A stretch of 64,000 nucleotides of DNA from Marsupella aquatica (Eukaryota; Plantae; Marchantiophyta): NCBI GenBank assembly GCA_973895155.1, contig OZ316895.1, positions 22,828,558 to 22,892,557 on the forward strand, read 5' to 3'. The position numbers and the translations under genes are program-made. The notes under the pieces were generated by a model, which ran no database searches, was not told where the DNA came from, and saw nothing but the letters and a program-made list of their open reading frames with translations. Below, piece after piece: positions 50,181 through 64,000 of this stretch. Numbering within the stretch: the stretch's first letter is position 1; each line of letters starts with the position of its first letter.

Positions 50181-53100
50181 TGTTATGAGGTAACTAGTCC
50201 TAGACCAGACTAGGAGGTTATCTTTACCATGGTTATCTCAAGACATTATATATACACCCGGTTGATCCCCAACCGAGTGATTCATTCATACATTCATTAA
50301 TACATTTATTCAATCTCTCTCCCTCTCCAACTATGTATGAATCCTATATCACAACACGTTATCAGCATGACTCTCGGAGGCTGAGCACTTGAATTTTTTT
50401 TAGGGATTCGACAAGTGACAAAAATTAGACACTTGAGGGAATCCCAAGACAAAATCCCTTCAAGGAAACCTTCATTTGAGAGTCCATGTCAACCTGGTGT
50501 TGGAAATTGATGGAGTATCCTCTGTGAGAAATTGACTCCCAAGAAATTAGAAGAAACAAAATCAGAAGGAGAGGCTGATGAGACAAAGAGTCGAACCCCT
50601 GGATTGACCCTTGTGGGATCATTAAAGCTTTAGAGGAATTGATTCTGAAATGCAAGATTGAAAGTACGCAGCATGATTTATGGAAGGAGGAGAAGAAACA
50701 CCGTAGCGCAAAGTCCATAGAGAAACCAGGATAAAGCTTGGGCTGGAGTCAATCAATCCAATCAAAGAGACCTGATTGAATAGAGGCAGAGCACAATCAA
50801 CAAAATTTCAATCAAGGTGAGATCTGAAAAGGCACCACACCCTATAGAGAACGAAGTTGCATTAGGCCTCAACAACCGGAGGGTGAAAAGGACTGAAGGA
50901 AATTTGAGGGATGGAAACCTCATAAGAAGACAACACAGTGATCACGGACGCAACCGCAAAGCCATGCAAAAGGGGGAGAATCCATGCACAAGCCCAAAAC
51001 GGCAAAATTTGGACCAGGCTTTTCGAGAAACCATCGACAAAACTTGATAAGTGCAAAACCCCCATACTTGCAACTCATTATAAAGAGTAGTTTTACTTAC
51101 AAAAGAATCAGATCACTTAAAGCATTTTTTTCAAAGCTTTTAAATCACTTTAAGATACATGTGTAATCCTTAACATAAACATAAATCACAAGCTTACACT
51201 CTCATTTTACAAATGTGAATACTGTGCCTTTACACATTACCTACCAATTATACACATGTTGAGTTTACAAGCATTTATACGCATAGAATACATATAACAT
51301 GGTTGTTACACTATTAATATCACTTTCCACCATAGGGGGAGGAAAGCACATTGTACCCACAACTATCTCCCACCTCTTAATGTCATTTTGGTTCATTCAC
51401 CTTCTAGTACCATTTGAACATATACACCTTCTGGTATCATTTGATCTCATAAGATCCAAAGGATTCAGATAAGGGACTTTCCATGACTAACAAAGGTAAA
51501 GGTAGAGATGATTTGATAATGGGCAAAGCCCCTAATCTCATCTATACATGAGTTAATGAGATAATGGGCAAAGCCCGTAATCTAACCCCTACATTCTCTT
51601 GATCAGTGGGCATTCCTATCGGACCTTACCTATAGATGAGTTCCAAATTTCAGAGATATTCCTCACACTCACAATTTCAAGAGAAAATAACATGCATTTT
51701 ATGCAGATCAATGGGAAGAAACTTCGTTCTCTCTAACTTATCTACTCAAAAACTTAAACCAAACTCATACTGTAAAGAAAAATAAATTTACAAAAACACT
51801 GTGCACTTAAACAAAAACAAAGGATTTCATTCCTGCAAAGGGAATTTACACTTAAACATCTGAAAGTGCCACCACAAGATGAATGCAAAACAAGACAAGG
51901 AAATCTTTCCTTTATAATCTAAGCTCAAAACTATCCAAAGATAAGGCTCAGATCAAAATCAAGTTACTTATTCAAACTAAGTGAATAACTAAGGCTCACG
52001 GACACTATCCATTGTGGATTACAAAGTCCTAGCAACATACATGGACTTTACACACAGTGATTAAAACCCAAAACCATAATCTTATACTTTGATTAAAGTT
52101 TTATACACTTTTAGCATGCATGCCTTTACAACTTGTACAAAAGTAAGACCACAAACCTCATCCATTTGGGCCTAGGATCATGTTCACCGGACAAAATTAA
52201 AACACTTACTCTAAGACACTGGACTGGGATAAGGGAATTAGAAAACTAACAATGTTAAAGGTATGGTACAAATGTTTGGATTATGGGCAAAGCCCCTAAC
52301 CTCATCTAGTCAAGACCCAATGCGGGGTTAATATGGGCAAAGCCCGTAATCTACCTTGATACACTCTTCATTTTAGGGAACGGAATAACATCGCGGACCA
52401 ATGATACATTCACCTTTGCGTATTACTATTAAACAAATCTCTTAGATTGAAACTAAAATTAAGACAATTTTCATCCCCACACCCAACATAGAATTAACGG
52501 GAAAACAAAATGAATTAGATGCAGACCAAGGGAAAGAAACTCAATTCTCTCAAAACTTATCTATTGAAGAACTTGAGCCCACCTACACCACAATTGTACG
52601 TACAACTAGTACTTGGAAACTAAACAGAGACTATCCTCATATATCTCTATACGATGAGCCAAATAGTTTAGGGGGAGCATCTTATCTCCACAAGTTACTC
52701 TAACTTCAAATCTCCCTACATGGCTATCCCATGTCTCAATAATATTTTGAATCTACTTACATGACCTACTACCCCATGTCTTGACACACTTGTCAAACTA
52801 CCCCGTGATATTTGGAGACGTGCAGGCAGACGTGCCACTCACGAGAGACCTAACTTAACCGACACCCTCTGGTGTGATTCTGGTTCATACACCCGCTGGT
52901 GTAGCTTGAGACCTAACACCCTTTGGTGTCAACAACCCTGTGTCCACTAGCACCTCTGTGCCTCCTGACACCTTCGTGTCCATCAGCACCACTATACTCT
53001 CAAATGAGCTTATTGCCATCTACTCTCCCATGATAACATTGCCCCATCCTACCCACATACGGGTCTTTTATCTTGACTTTGGGCATTCTAAATATGGTAC

Positions 53101-54067
53101 TTACACCATACCAAACTAGGACATTTCTATCATTTTCATAATAATACATGACTAGCATCTGTTGATGCAACATGTCTACTCCACACTTTGGAAAACCCCC
53201 ATTTAGCAATTGGGCTAATTAGCACCTTCGGTATCAATTCAGTGATCTGAAACATATAGGATAATGCCACTGCATCCCCACACAACCCACATTAATTATC
53301 TTAATACCCCCTAGTATTAGATAGCATAAGCCATACTAAAACATGACATGGTTCCTCTAGCTACTAACCAAACTACTAATTATTTGGAACTTAGATTGTT
53401 TATTTGATGCAAGGTCATACAGGTGACCCAGATTTCAAATACGGAGAACTAGACAAAGTTTTTCATGAAGGCATTGACCCCTCCTGTCCACAGACACCAC
53501 TGCCATGCAATTGAACTCCGAAGCTTACACCGCCTGATTACTACTGATTGACACATGATTGACACACACCACCAGCATGGTTCAACTCTCACATCTCACC
53601 AAGAGGACCAACCGACTGTACTCTTTTTCCTTTAGGGTCATATATTTTATTTTTTCTCTACTACCCTGGTAGAGTTATTTTTTACCTCAATCTAGCACCG
53701 CTAAACGTTTTAACGAGGCAGTCCACCTCTTTGGTCAATCAAACAAACATGTCTATAAGCATGCAAACACTTTTTACTATCACTGAAACTCATCCAGTGC
53801 AAGTCTATAAGCATGGTGATAGATTTTTCTTACCTAGTTCTAGGACTAGTCTAGATTGTCTCCATAACTCCCATTATGTGCCAAGGGGGAGTGTTATGAG
53901 GTAACTAGTCCTAGACCAGACTAGGAGGTTACCTTTACCATGGTTACCTCAAGACATTATATATACACCCGGTTAATCCCCAACCGAGTGATTCATTCAT
54001 ACATTCATTAATACATTCATTCAATCTCTCTCCCTCTCTAACTATGTATGAATCCTATATCACAACA
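50181..54067 (+). mobile_element. Non-autonomous Ty1/copia-type LTR retrotransposon (Bianca-like PBS)
   Basis: Two 176-bp LTRs (TGTTATGAGG...TCACAACA) lie at 50181-50356 and 53892-54067 with about 5 mismatches counted by eye. A PBS-like CGTTATCAGCA follows the 5' LTR and the PPT AAGGGGGAG precedes the 3' LTR. The ~3.5-kb interior has no intact ORF. The TSD is not clean. Confidence 0.9.
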
Positions 54068-54498
54068 CTTAGAAGATGCTCAAAATATCACCTATTTGAT
54101 TATTTTCATGACCATCATATCTACCTTGATTTAGATCTACCTTGATTTAAGTATGACCATTAAATTATGGCTAATTAGGTGGAACACTGGCTAACAAAAC
54201 ATAGAAAAATACTAGCCAATTTACGCCAAAAATGGCTAAGGTTTTTCTGGGGATGTGTAATTTTTGCCACTACAAAAAATGCTGATTCGAGTATTCTGAC
54301 CCGATGAGGATTATCGTTTTGACACAAGTGGAACGGAGTAATTTCTGCAGAGCGAATAATTCAGTCGCTTAAAAGATATACGGGAAAGAAATGCTGTAAT
54401 ACTCAGTATACATATATCCTAAATCCCGTATATCAGGATCCCATATACACATTTAGGATATCTTTTATTCGACTGAATTTAGCTGTATACATATATCC

Positions 54499-54501
<3 letters not shown>

Positions 54502-54528
<27 letters not shown>
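54502..54528. repeat. (AT)n microsatellite
   Basis: Run of AT dinucleotides seen directly. Confidence 0.9.
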
Positions 54529-54529
<1 letters not shown>

Positions 54530-55921
54530 TCTGTTCACTGTAATTAGTGTTCTGTGCTGGTGAAGCAAAATGTAGGTTACAGTCATCTTACTATATAACC
54601 GGAAACAGAAGCTACTTTTAATGGCTACAGTCAAGAGGCCATCAACTCTTTAGGAATATTCTGTTTACTTTTATTTAAACTAGTGAAAAGATAAATCTTG
54701 TAGACCTAGGTCCAGAGCATAATGGGCAATAACAGCCCTCAAAACTCAAGTTCAAGCTCTTATTGGGGGCAGTTATATATGACAATTCCTTCTAAACAGG
54801 ACACGAGTGTATACGTAAATCATGGATTTGAAACAATCAGATTGAGCATTGAAATCCTTGGCCCTAGCAGAATTGAATACGTGTAGAAAAGTCCTCTATA
54901 CTCTTCTTGTTGCTTGTAACACTAATTCCCAGTTTCACGAGTAAATGCTAACACTACTACTGTAGCTCTGTGAGAGGTGTAGTTCATTGTCTATTGGAGC
55001 ATAACTTTTCCATGAACTGACGTAACTGTGCCCTAAATTACACATTTCTTTCTGTTTTCATCTGATGGTTTAACTGAAAGAAAAGCCTGGGTGGACCACG
55101 ATGTTTGACCAAAGGTCAGAAGTTGTTGGGTCCACCCTAGTTGCCATTACACAATGTGGTTGATCCCTCCATCGGTTTTAATTTAAACCACCTCTAGCAT
55201 TGTAAAAGAGTAAGTGTCCAAACCTGCCCTCTTTTTTCACATTCCCTTGCTGATCTGCTCCTCATACAGTCAGGAAAGTGATGTCATTATAATGAAACTT
55301 GGAAAGATAAGCCCTGATGGACCGAGACATTGTTCCTGCCCATCCCCATTTACTGCATAAAGCAATCATCGTTTTTACACCACAAAAAAGGAACCTGTCA
55401 TGGATCACAGTTGACAACTTTGACTACCTTGGGGCGAAAGTAATCACGATGTCATGGTGATCCTGAGTAAACTATTTAAACTTAAGAGTTAAATTAAGAA
55501 TTCGTTTACCCATATGAATCTAGAATATTATTAAATTTGGTTTTAAAACACTATTGTTTCTTATAAGTCCCAAAATTGGATTGAAACTACCCTAATGTTC
55601 TTACACATGAATGTTTTAGTACTCCCTTAGAACTAATAAAAAGATCCTGTTATTCCTTTGTTGAACATGATGTGCTATGTTTGCCAAAGTAAAACCCCAA
55701 GTAACCAAAGTGTTAGTTTTGGTCTTGTCAACAAAGATCATACAAATCCGATCAGAAAAAAATACAATTATAGTGGGTTTTACTAGCTAGGTTGTCAACT
55801 TTTTGTAGATTATCACTTGCAATCTGTTTTGGAATAATTACTACAATGCCACTTTTTTTCATCAGATGTTAAGTCAAGTGGTTAGCTCCAACAGATCTTA
55901 TGGCTCTGAGATTATCATATC

Positions 55922-56100
55922 GTCTCATTATATGGAGACCTCCCCATCACATGCAACATTGTTAGGCCTCGGACACCCTCAAATGTAAGAAAAACAATTT
56001 GAGCCCCTATAAAGTTCAAATAATATTGGAATATTCCAAAATTTTGATTAAAATGACCCTGATGTTTTTACAAGTCTCAAAATTGAATTTAAAATAAACT
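55922..56100 (+). repeat. Dispersed repeat, copy 2 (matches 8997-9180)
   Basis: Aligns by eye with copy 1 at 8997-9180. Confidence 0.7.
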
Positions 56101-57249
56101 TCCCCAATTTCCTGAGTGCCCTCTTTGGCCTCACATTAGGTGGCTCTGGTAGAACAAAACCGGACAGATTGGACTAGGCAGCAACAAATGCGAAACATGA
56201 AAGTGCACTGAAATCTCACATTAAACTATAGAGACACCACAGAGAACTCCTGAAGAATCCATATCCTCATTCATATCATGAGAGAAATATATGCCGAGAT
56301 TGAGGAAGGGAATACCCTTTCTCCCAACACTTTCCCCCACCCCCCCTTCTCGGTACGGGGTTAGAAAAAAAGGTGATAGTCTAGTAAAATGCAGAAAAGT
56401 ATAAACCAGGAACGCTCCCTACAAGCTAGTTACGTAGCTTGCTCAAAGGCCATTTCCCCCTTTCTATCAGAATACAAATTATTCACATCAGTGCTATCCA
56501 GCCAGTTGCAGAGGGAAAGTTAAAAAATATGAACAGGAAGGAAACTTGCTTTTTGAAGCCTTACGCAGTGGACAAAAGGAAGAGTTCAGTAGAGGGAGAG
56601 AAATTGACAAAAACCAAACCCATCTAAGCTTTAGTAGTTGAAGGGCTTTGATGGGTGAAGGACCTGCCGATGAACTTTGTGCTCCACGACCATTGGCTCA
56701 CCTCTTTGGCCCTCGCTGCTGTCCCACCTTTTTTTCTTTAAAAGGGAATTATTTGGAGTTTGTGCTGTAAAGTCGACCCAGGCATAAATTATGGACGTGA
56801 AGCCTCAAGTATATATGGAACTTCTCATCTGTCCCCCAACTAGTTGCATGGTTGGGTAGTTCCACTCAAACCAAGAAAGTACAATTCCAAGCTTTCTTTT
56901 TGCTTGAGATTAAAATCTAGCAAGATGGATGAATACCCAACTGGAATCCAAACAGTCAAGATCATTTGGCTGCAAAAGTGACTTTGAATTGTTCAGACCA
57001 GCTTCTTCTCTGTTTTAGGCACTGAGAAATCAATCAATCAAATTGCTGTAAAGGACAAAAGAGCACCTGGACAAGAGCCTCATTCCTTCTATGAATTTCA
57101 GAGGAACAGACTCTTCCAAATCTCTCACCTTGCTTATCATGGAGGAGTTCTGGACCACGGATAACATTCCACAATCCACAGAGTACCTGTACCATCCTTC
57201 AGAATTCAATGCACTACAGTTTGCCTCTACAGCTGCACAATTTTGTGCA

Positions 57250-57965
57250 TTAAGGCTCGCATTAAGGTTCAAGTCCAATGGCCACTGTTTGCCAATCGCC
57301 ACTGCAAGTTCAGTATGATGAAGTATGGGTCACTTCTTCCTCTAAAACTGAGCGCTATTGAGGTTCCAGTCCAATGGTGGCTGTTTGCCAACCGCCATTG
57401 AAAGTTCAGTGTGATTAAGTATGGGTCACTTCTTCCTCTAAAGGTGAACAATATCAGCGCTATTAAGGTTCAAGTCAAATGGCAACTGTTTTGCCAATCG
57501 CCATTGGAAGTTCAGAGTGATGAGGGCTGGGTCACTTCTTCCTCTAAAGTTGCACAAGTTTAGCACTATTACGGTTCCAGTCCAATGGCAACTGTTTGCG
57601 AGTCGCCATTGGAAGTTCAGTATGATGAAGAGTATGGGTCTCTTCTTCCTCTAAAGCTGCACAAGTTTAGCGGTATTAAGAGTCAAGGGCAATGGCGACT
57701 GTTGCCAATCGCCATAGGAAGTTCAGTGACATGAAGTATGGGTCACTTCTTCCTCTAAAGCTGCACAATTTTAGCGCTATTAATAATGCTCAAGTTCAAT
57801 GGCCACTGTTTGCCAATCGCCATGGGTAGTTCATAATGATATAGTATGGGTCACTTCTCCCTCCAAAGCTGCACAATTTTAGCGCTATTAAGGTTCAACT
57901 CCAATGGCGACTATTTGCCAATCGCCATCGGAAGTGTAGTATGATGAAGTATGGGTCACTTCTTT
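57250..57965 (+). repeat. ~105-bp minisatellite, about 7 diverged copies
   Basis: The unit GCGCTATTAAGGTTCAAGTCCAATGGCCACTGTTTGCCAATCGCCATTGGAAGTTCAGTATGATGAAGTATGGGTCACTTCTTCCTCTAAAGCTGCACAATTTTA starts at ~57258, 57352, 57457, 57563, 57670, 57774 and 57882. Confidence 0.92.
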
Positions 57966-60900
57966 TTCTGGCCTTAAAAGTATCTCCTAAAAGAATGCAG
58001 AAATTGCATGACAGCGTACCCATGTGATACCAACAATAACTCGATAGAAGTGTAGAGCCGACATGCAGTGGGGGCAAACGGCGTTGTACTCAAGTCTCGA
58101 GGCTCTCTTTTGGTGCGAAGAAACACAACGACACGGCCACTCTTCCATTTTCCCAGAGCCAGAGCGGAAAGGAATGGATTCGTTTCCCTTCCTTTCCTTT
58201 CCTCTAACTCCATTTCTGTCGTTCCCTGTTGTTCTGTTCTACCCTCTTTAACGTCTAGGAAGCCAGCTTTCATCGCTCTTGACATGTGCTGGAAGCCAGA
58301 AGTAGGTCGTATCCAAATTATCTTCCATTGCTTGCCATCGTTCTACTCTACTGTCTACTACAGTAGAATGCGATATCTGGGATATAGATTCGCCGCTGTT
58401 TAGTTGCTCCAAATAGAAGCGGCCTAATTTTGGCTATAGTGGAAAGAGAATTTGACACACTACGTCAGAATCAGGTCTACAGCGGAGAGTAACAAATGTC
58501 CAATTGAGGCACAACGATGCCCCCCATTTGGCATCCGATGCTTCTTTTTCTTGGTTTTGGTGTTTGTCCTCTTTGGACGTCTTTTTCTTTCCTTTCACTG
58601 GACTTTGTTTTTTCCCTACTTATACATTTTGGTGATTGCTTTCAACACAAAAAGCTAACTTCAGATAACTTCCATTTGGGATCCAATGCGAACTTCTCAA
58701 CGCCAGCCAATTAAATAAGATGACACATCCATTCAGCATCAGCGCTTAGCCTAAAGAAACAAATGCTGTCTAAATTTGTCACCCACAAACTCTTTCCATT
58801 TTGCGTACCGCGTGACTGTGTATGATTGTCACTGGGTTTGTTCGATTTTTAGATCTTAGATCTTAGATTGCCAGATTCTTTGGTCAGATATAATGACCTG
58901 CCTCTTGTTTTAGATTAATTAGTAGAATGCATTTTCTCAATCTAGAGTGTCACCATTTAATTAGTGTGAATCCTGGTGTGAGTGTGAAACTAGTGTCACT
59001 AACAATAAGAGGGCATAGGGTTTATCTACACTATTCATGCATGCTAGGGCCAAGGATTTCCCTCGGAACACCTGGGGTACCCACCTTCTTTCCGTTGGGC
59101 AAAAATGCATGCAAACTTTTTTTTTAGGTGACACGGATTTATGAGTTTAGAAAAAGATTTTCTTTGCCATAATTAGAGTGAGTAACTCGCTAATTAGGGT
59201 GAACATTGCAGGTGTAATGGTCATAGTGTCTTACCCTAAAATTTATCTGGAGAGCTACCAGATTAGTTGTCCATGTTTACCTCATTTGGGGAGATGGGAC
59301 AAATCTCATAACATTTTCTCCACTTGCTCATGTGTCAAGGAGGAGATGCTAAGAATCTTCCTTACATAATTTCCAAGATTTTCGTAGATTTAAGGAGAGC
59401 CCTTATATTGTGGCTAGTGCCCTATAGCTTGGTGGGAAACTGGCCATTGAGACTCACAATATGTGCCTGATTTTAGCCACTAGTGGCACAGGATTTTGAG
59501 GGAGGTGTAGTTGACAAATTTTTGCTGCTAAAAACAAACTCTTTTGTAGGGGCCTATGGAACCATCATACCAATGCAAACCTAGTTATTGTCTTGAGTCT
59601 TGTGCAAGCTTTACAACAGGTGGGGCTCCATTATGGGATAAGAGCCATCCCCTTTGTACTCTTGTCCCACATGCTTTACATGCGGTTTTCCATCATGAGA
59701 TAAGCCATATGGAATGTAACGTTGACACAAAAAGCATCCTTGCCTGTTAGGATAGGAAAAGAGTACACGTGGAAACCAAAGACTCCCCCATGCCTAAGGT
59801 AGGGCTGTAGGCTTTTGGTTTGAGTTTTGCCACCTTTATTGGGGTTCTGGCCTTTTCGATCATGTCCCCCGGGTGTGGGCGCCTCTTGGTTTTTTGGCAG
59901 TGTAAAATAAATATACTAGGGTAAGGACCCGTTTGTTTCTAAGGTATTTTTCGCCACAGTGCCATTCGCCTGGTGTGAAGTAGAAGATGGGCGAAATTAT
60001 TCTGTATCTATTTTCTTTGATTAAAATCTGACATTTACATCTCTCTAGGGAGAGGATAGGATTAGATTGCCAATGGGGATTCTGGCTTGGTGGGAATCTG
60101 ACTAATCTTCGCAAAAAGTGGCAAATACTTTGTAAGGGGGTGTAATTTGGCAAAAATTGCACCCAATAAACACGTTGGCAGGGACACTTTGAGTATGTTT
60201 ATAGAAGCAGTTTTGAATCTCCATCAGAGTAAGTTACATCCGTTTCGGTGGCTTTAGAAGAGGTGTGGGGCACTTGTGACTTTTTTCCACCTATGCAAAC
60301 TGGAGTTCAACAAATCCAAATCTAAACCTAGCCTTGAACTAAGAAGCCAAAGTTTGGCACTATTTGGACCACATAATGAGGTGGTCTACCATTTTAGACA
60401 GAACAAGCACTCCACATGAGCTCCTAGTTGGCCCACTACTTCGAGTAATACTTGAGATGGAGGATCGGTGGACACGATACCTGAATGGGCCCCCAATACT
60501 TGTCAAGTCAACTGAACTGCCTCTTTTTCCTTTCATGATATCCTACAGATTTAATCTCAGAGGAAATAAAAAAGAGGCAATGGGCCCCCATATCACTTAC
60601 TTGGGCCCACTATTTGTAATGTAGGATCAGTAGGCATTATACCTGGATTGGCCCTAGTACTTGGAAAGCCAAATCCAGCCATTTCCTTTCAATATATGGT
60701 CCAGAGTTCATCTTGGAATTGAAGGGATAAAAGGAAGCAATGGCCCCCACATCTTGTGAAGCCATCCTAGGAGGTACTAAACGAAAGACTGGGTCATAGC
60801 TACGTAGGTTAAACTGGTTTGGGGAATCTTGTCACTACTTTTGCGCATCCTGTTTCCAAAAACAGGGAGAACAAACCATGAACAGGGAGAACAAACCATG

Positions 60901-63900
60901 GTCGTTTGCTTTATGGGCTTCTTCTTTTTTTACCATTGGATCCACAAAATACCAACCCTGGAGGCCTACCCTTCCTCTCGCACCAGTTACTGCGCTTGGA
61001 CACCACTATGCTGTCATCCTGCACCCTCAGTATGAGAGACGGAGGGAAGGCAGAAAGGAAGAAACAGAACCCCATGTCTCTTGTGTCCTCCCCTAACAAC
61101 ATTGACCAATATGATGACATTTACACAGCAGCAACCACCAAATGGAAGGAATGACACTTCCGCAACCACAACATGACTACAAAGACTACACAGCTGGGGA
61201 CACAATCATAACAACAACACTTCTGCACCACAATCACACTGTTGCAATAAAAGTTGGTTTTCACAACCACAGTCAGAACATGGCCCAAGTGACACCCTGG
61301 TAACAATGACAGGGACAATGATTACACAGACTGTGATTTGGCAGAAACACTCTGCTACCATGTTGCCCTCTATTAAAGAAATTGATGTGCAGAGTTGTAG
61401 GTTAGACTTACTGCTCCTCTTAATATGGAGTTTCTTGGAACCAGAAACCCAAATGGGCACAAACTTTCGTTGGGATGACCGGGATGGACTCAGCTGAGTG
61501 ACAGTGTAAGACCAATCACTAATGACACCCAAAATGGATCTCTCATTAACGGACTCCATCAATTTTTCCTTACTTCACCCGACAGACATGCTGACAAGAA
61601 CACTTGAACATCGCACTGCTCCTGGACAGTTGGCTACAAGAAGCAGCCCAACTGGATGCATAATTTCCCTATTTAGACACTACTGTTACCACATTCTGAA
61701 TGTTGCCATGTCACTTTCACTGAAGTGGCTTATCATCATATGCGACAAAGTACTAGAACCTTGTTAGTAAATGGTTTTGATGGAATACATATTAAGTTGT
61801 CAATGAAAATATATAGTTGTTGAATTACAAAGTGCATTAGTGTTATCACATGATTGATGCTCTACAACTTTATATAAAGTGACTTAGAAGTGTCATAAAT
61901 GAACCAAGTCTTCACACGTGATGACCCTTCCTCCCAGTATCGGCTTTGCCAGATCGCTAATTTATTTGTTTTCATCCACATGGCTTTTGGTTCTGGTTTA
62001 ACCTGTAATACTTGCTTCACACTTAGTAGAATCTAACAGTATATGAAAGAGTCTTTTGGAAGTTTTTGAGTATCAATGTCAACTCATTAGTTCATCATAG
62101 GGGCGAACTATGGCTCTAAATGATATCTAATCTCCCCAAACAATTTCTGTTATTTTTAAGAAAATGCCTAAAAAAAGTGTTACTTAGGGTTCAAATGTCC
62201 TATGCTGGGAAGTGAGTTGGAAAGCCTGCAGGGGAGGTCTAGTACTATTCTCCTAGGGGTGGGCCTAGTCAAATTAACAATGGCCATTTAGGGGCAAGGG
62301 CCCTTCTCTAGTGGCAGCTCTGGTTTAAGAAATTTGGACAATCAAAGGTTGGAATATAAAATTAATTGTGTGTCTGGTTGCCTCCAACACCTATCACAAT
62401 ATATAACCAACAGATATTCTCATTTACACCCTTCCTAGGAAATGCCATGAAAATCTGAAAAATAGTCATCTATATCAAGCATACAATAATGCTCTCCTTA
62501 TCTTCCTGACAATACTGCGATTATCACTAGAATTGCCACAATAGCTTATTTTGGCAACAGCTGTATCTGCTCCTTACAGAGTAGATTGCCAATTTTTATT
62601 GTATGGGAGTGCCCATTCCCCCTCACCCCACACAAAGGGTTGCCAACAGTTTGTGTCCCTTTCTGACAGTTGCAAAATTAATTATATATAGTCATCCTGG
62701 CAGTTGTTTCCTATTGTGCTGAGTTCTGGCTAAATTGTCTGCAATGACTCCCACTTGCTCAAGCTTCATAGCAGCAAGAATCAACCTCCATTCCATAGTC
62801 ACCATTAATGCCTTTTGTCTAGCATACATTTCTTCACTAATCAATTTGATCCTGTCTTCTGTTGAAAAGCGAGCGATTGAGGGAAGTACATTTCTAGTAA
62901 ATCGGCAGTTAAATGGGCAAAGGTTGCAAATTAATGTTGGTTAAATCATTCAAAGACTTAAGTTAGTAGGGAGTGCATTTGTACTTGTGATAAACTCCAA
63001 TGCCTTGACATAAACTGAGTTGGACTTCTCATTGTACACCCTTCTTCAAATATAGTCTATTAATTGAGTCAGTCATAGCTTATCACTCCACAAACATCAG
63101 TTGTGGTAATATCTGATGTGATTGTTTAGCTGATATTGTACAGCATTGCCAAAAAACAACAATGGCATCCACAACAAAACTTCGATTGGGAATTGAAGGC
63201 TACCAAGAAATGAATTTTCTATCTCATCTTCACACAGTTACTAACGGTACCCACAAAGTATGTACTGCAGGGTTCAATGTCTTGTTGTTTGGGGATTTAT
63301 GGCATAGGTTTACTGAACACTACCAAAAGTCCAACACACAAGTGATTAATCATTTGGGGAGAGACTCAAGTACAGTGGTACCCGGTAACTTAAGAAAAAG
63401 CCTTGTCAATTAATCCGTGGACCCCCATGTTCATCCAAGGAATGTTTGTGTGATTAAGTGAAATCAATTTTCATCAAGGCGGTAACCAATGGTTTTGAGT
63501 CTCCCGATGGTGTTGGTGTGTGCTCGTACAAAAACAAATACTCAAAAGATAGAGATTAATCAAACGAAAGGTTGAATGTGGAGGAATTGAGTTTTCTTAT
63601 AGGTTTTGCTTACAAATTGGAGAAATAATCTTTCAACCATTCTTGATTGATTGTTTGTGAGTTACATTGAGCATTATCGTCACAAGACAGACTAGAGCAC
63701 AACACTCAGCTGTTGGCAAAAGAGCGCTTGTCAATTTGGTGGGAAGAATGTTCACACAAAACGAACGAGTCGTCACTTCAAACAAAGGATTTGTAGTTAT
63801 TTTTATTTAAGAAAGCTATGGTGTGAGGGGAAGACCAACAATTGTTTCTTTGACATAGAGACTGCATTTGACGTCAACCTGTGTTCAGAGTGTCTGAGCT

Positions 63901-64000
63901 TTAGTTGAAGACTATCTACTTAAGAGATGCGAACAATTCAAGTCGGGAAGCAAGCATTGTGGACAAGCGATGGTCACGTAATCAAAGAAATCAATTTGTA

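Noticed and set aside
57250-57965. CRISPR-like array
   Set aside because: Whole units are repeated with no unique spacers, there are no cas genes, and the context is eukaryotic.

Overview
This is eukaryotic nuclear DNA from a land plant, probably a non-seed plant such as a bryophyte (an inference from gene content and intron style). It holds seven recognisable protein-coding genes. These are the 5' part of eIF3a (minus, running off the left edge), a tafazzin-family acyltransferase (7 exons), an intronless MSI4/FVE-type WD40 histone-binding protein, a 9-exon plastid-targeted KDPG/KHG aldolase (Eda), a STAR2/ALS3 ABC permease (3 exons), a secreted 12-Cys small protein and a 4-exon class III peroxidase. 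Between them lie transposon relics: a PIF/Harbinger transposase fragment, a MITE with TSD and an empty paralogous site, a Helitron 3' end, a non-autonomous copia-type LTR element with 176-bp LTRs, a 2.3/2.8-kb tandem duplication and several minisatellites. The most striking observation is that the Eda ATG lies only 41 nt after the MSI4 stop on the same strand. The whole intronless MSI4 ORF therefore sits where the Eda promoter and 5' UTR should be, making this a candidate nuclear dicistronic MSI4-Eda locus. All exon models were derived by eye from GT-AG boundaries and remembered family motifs, and no database search was run.
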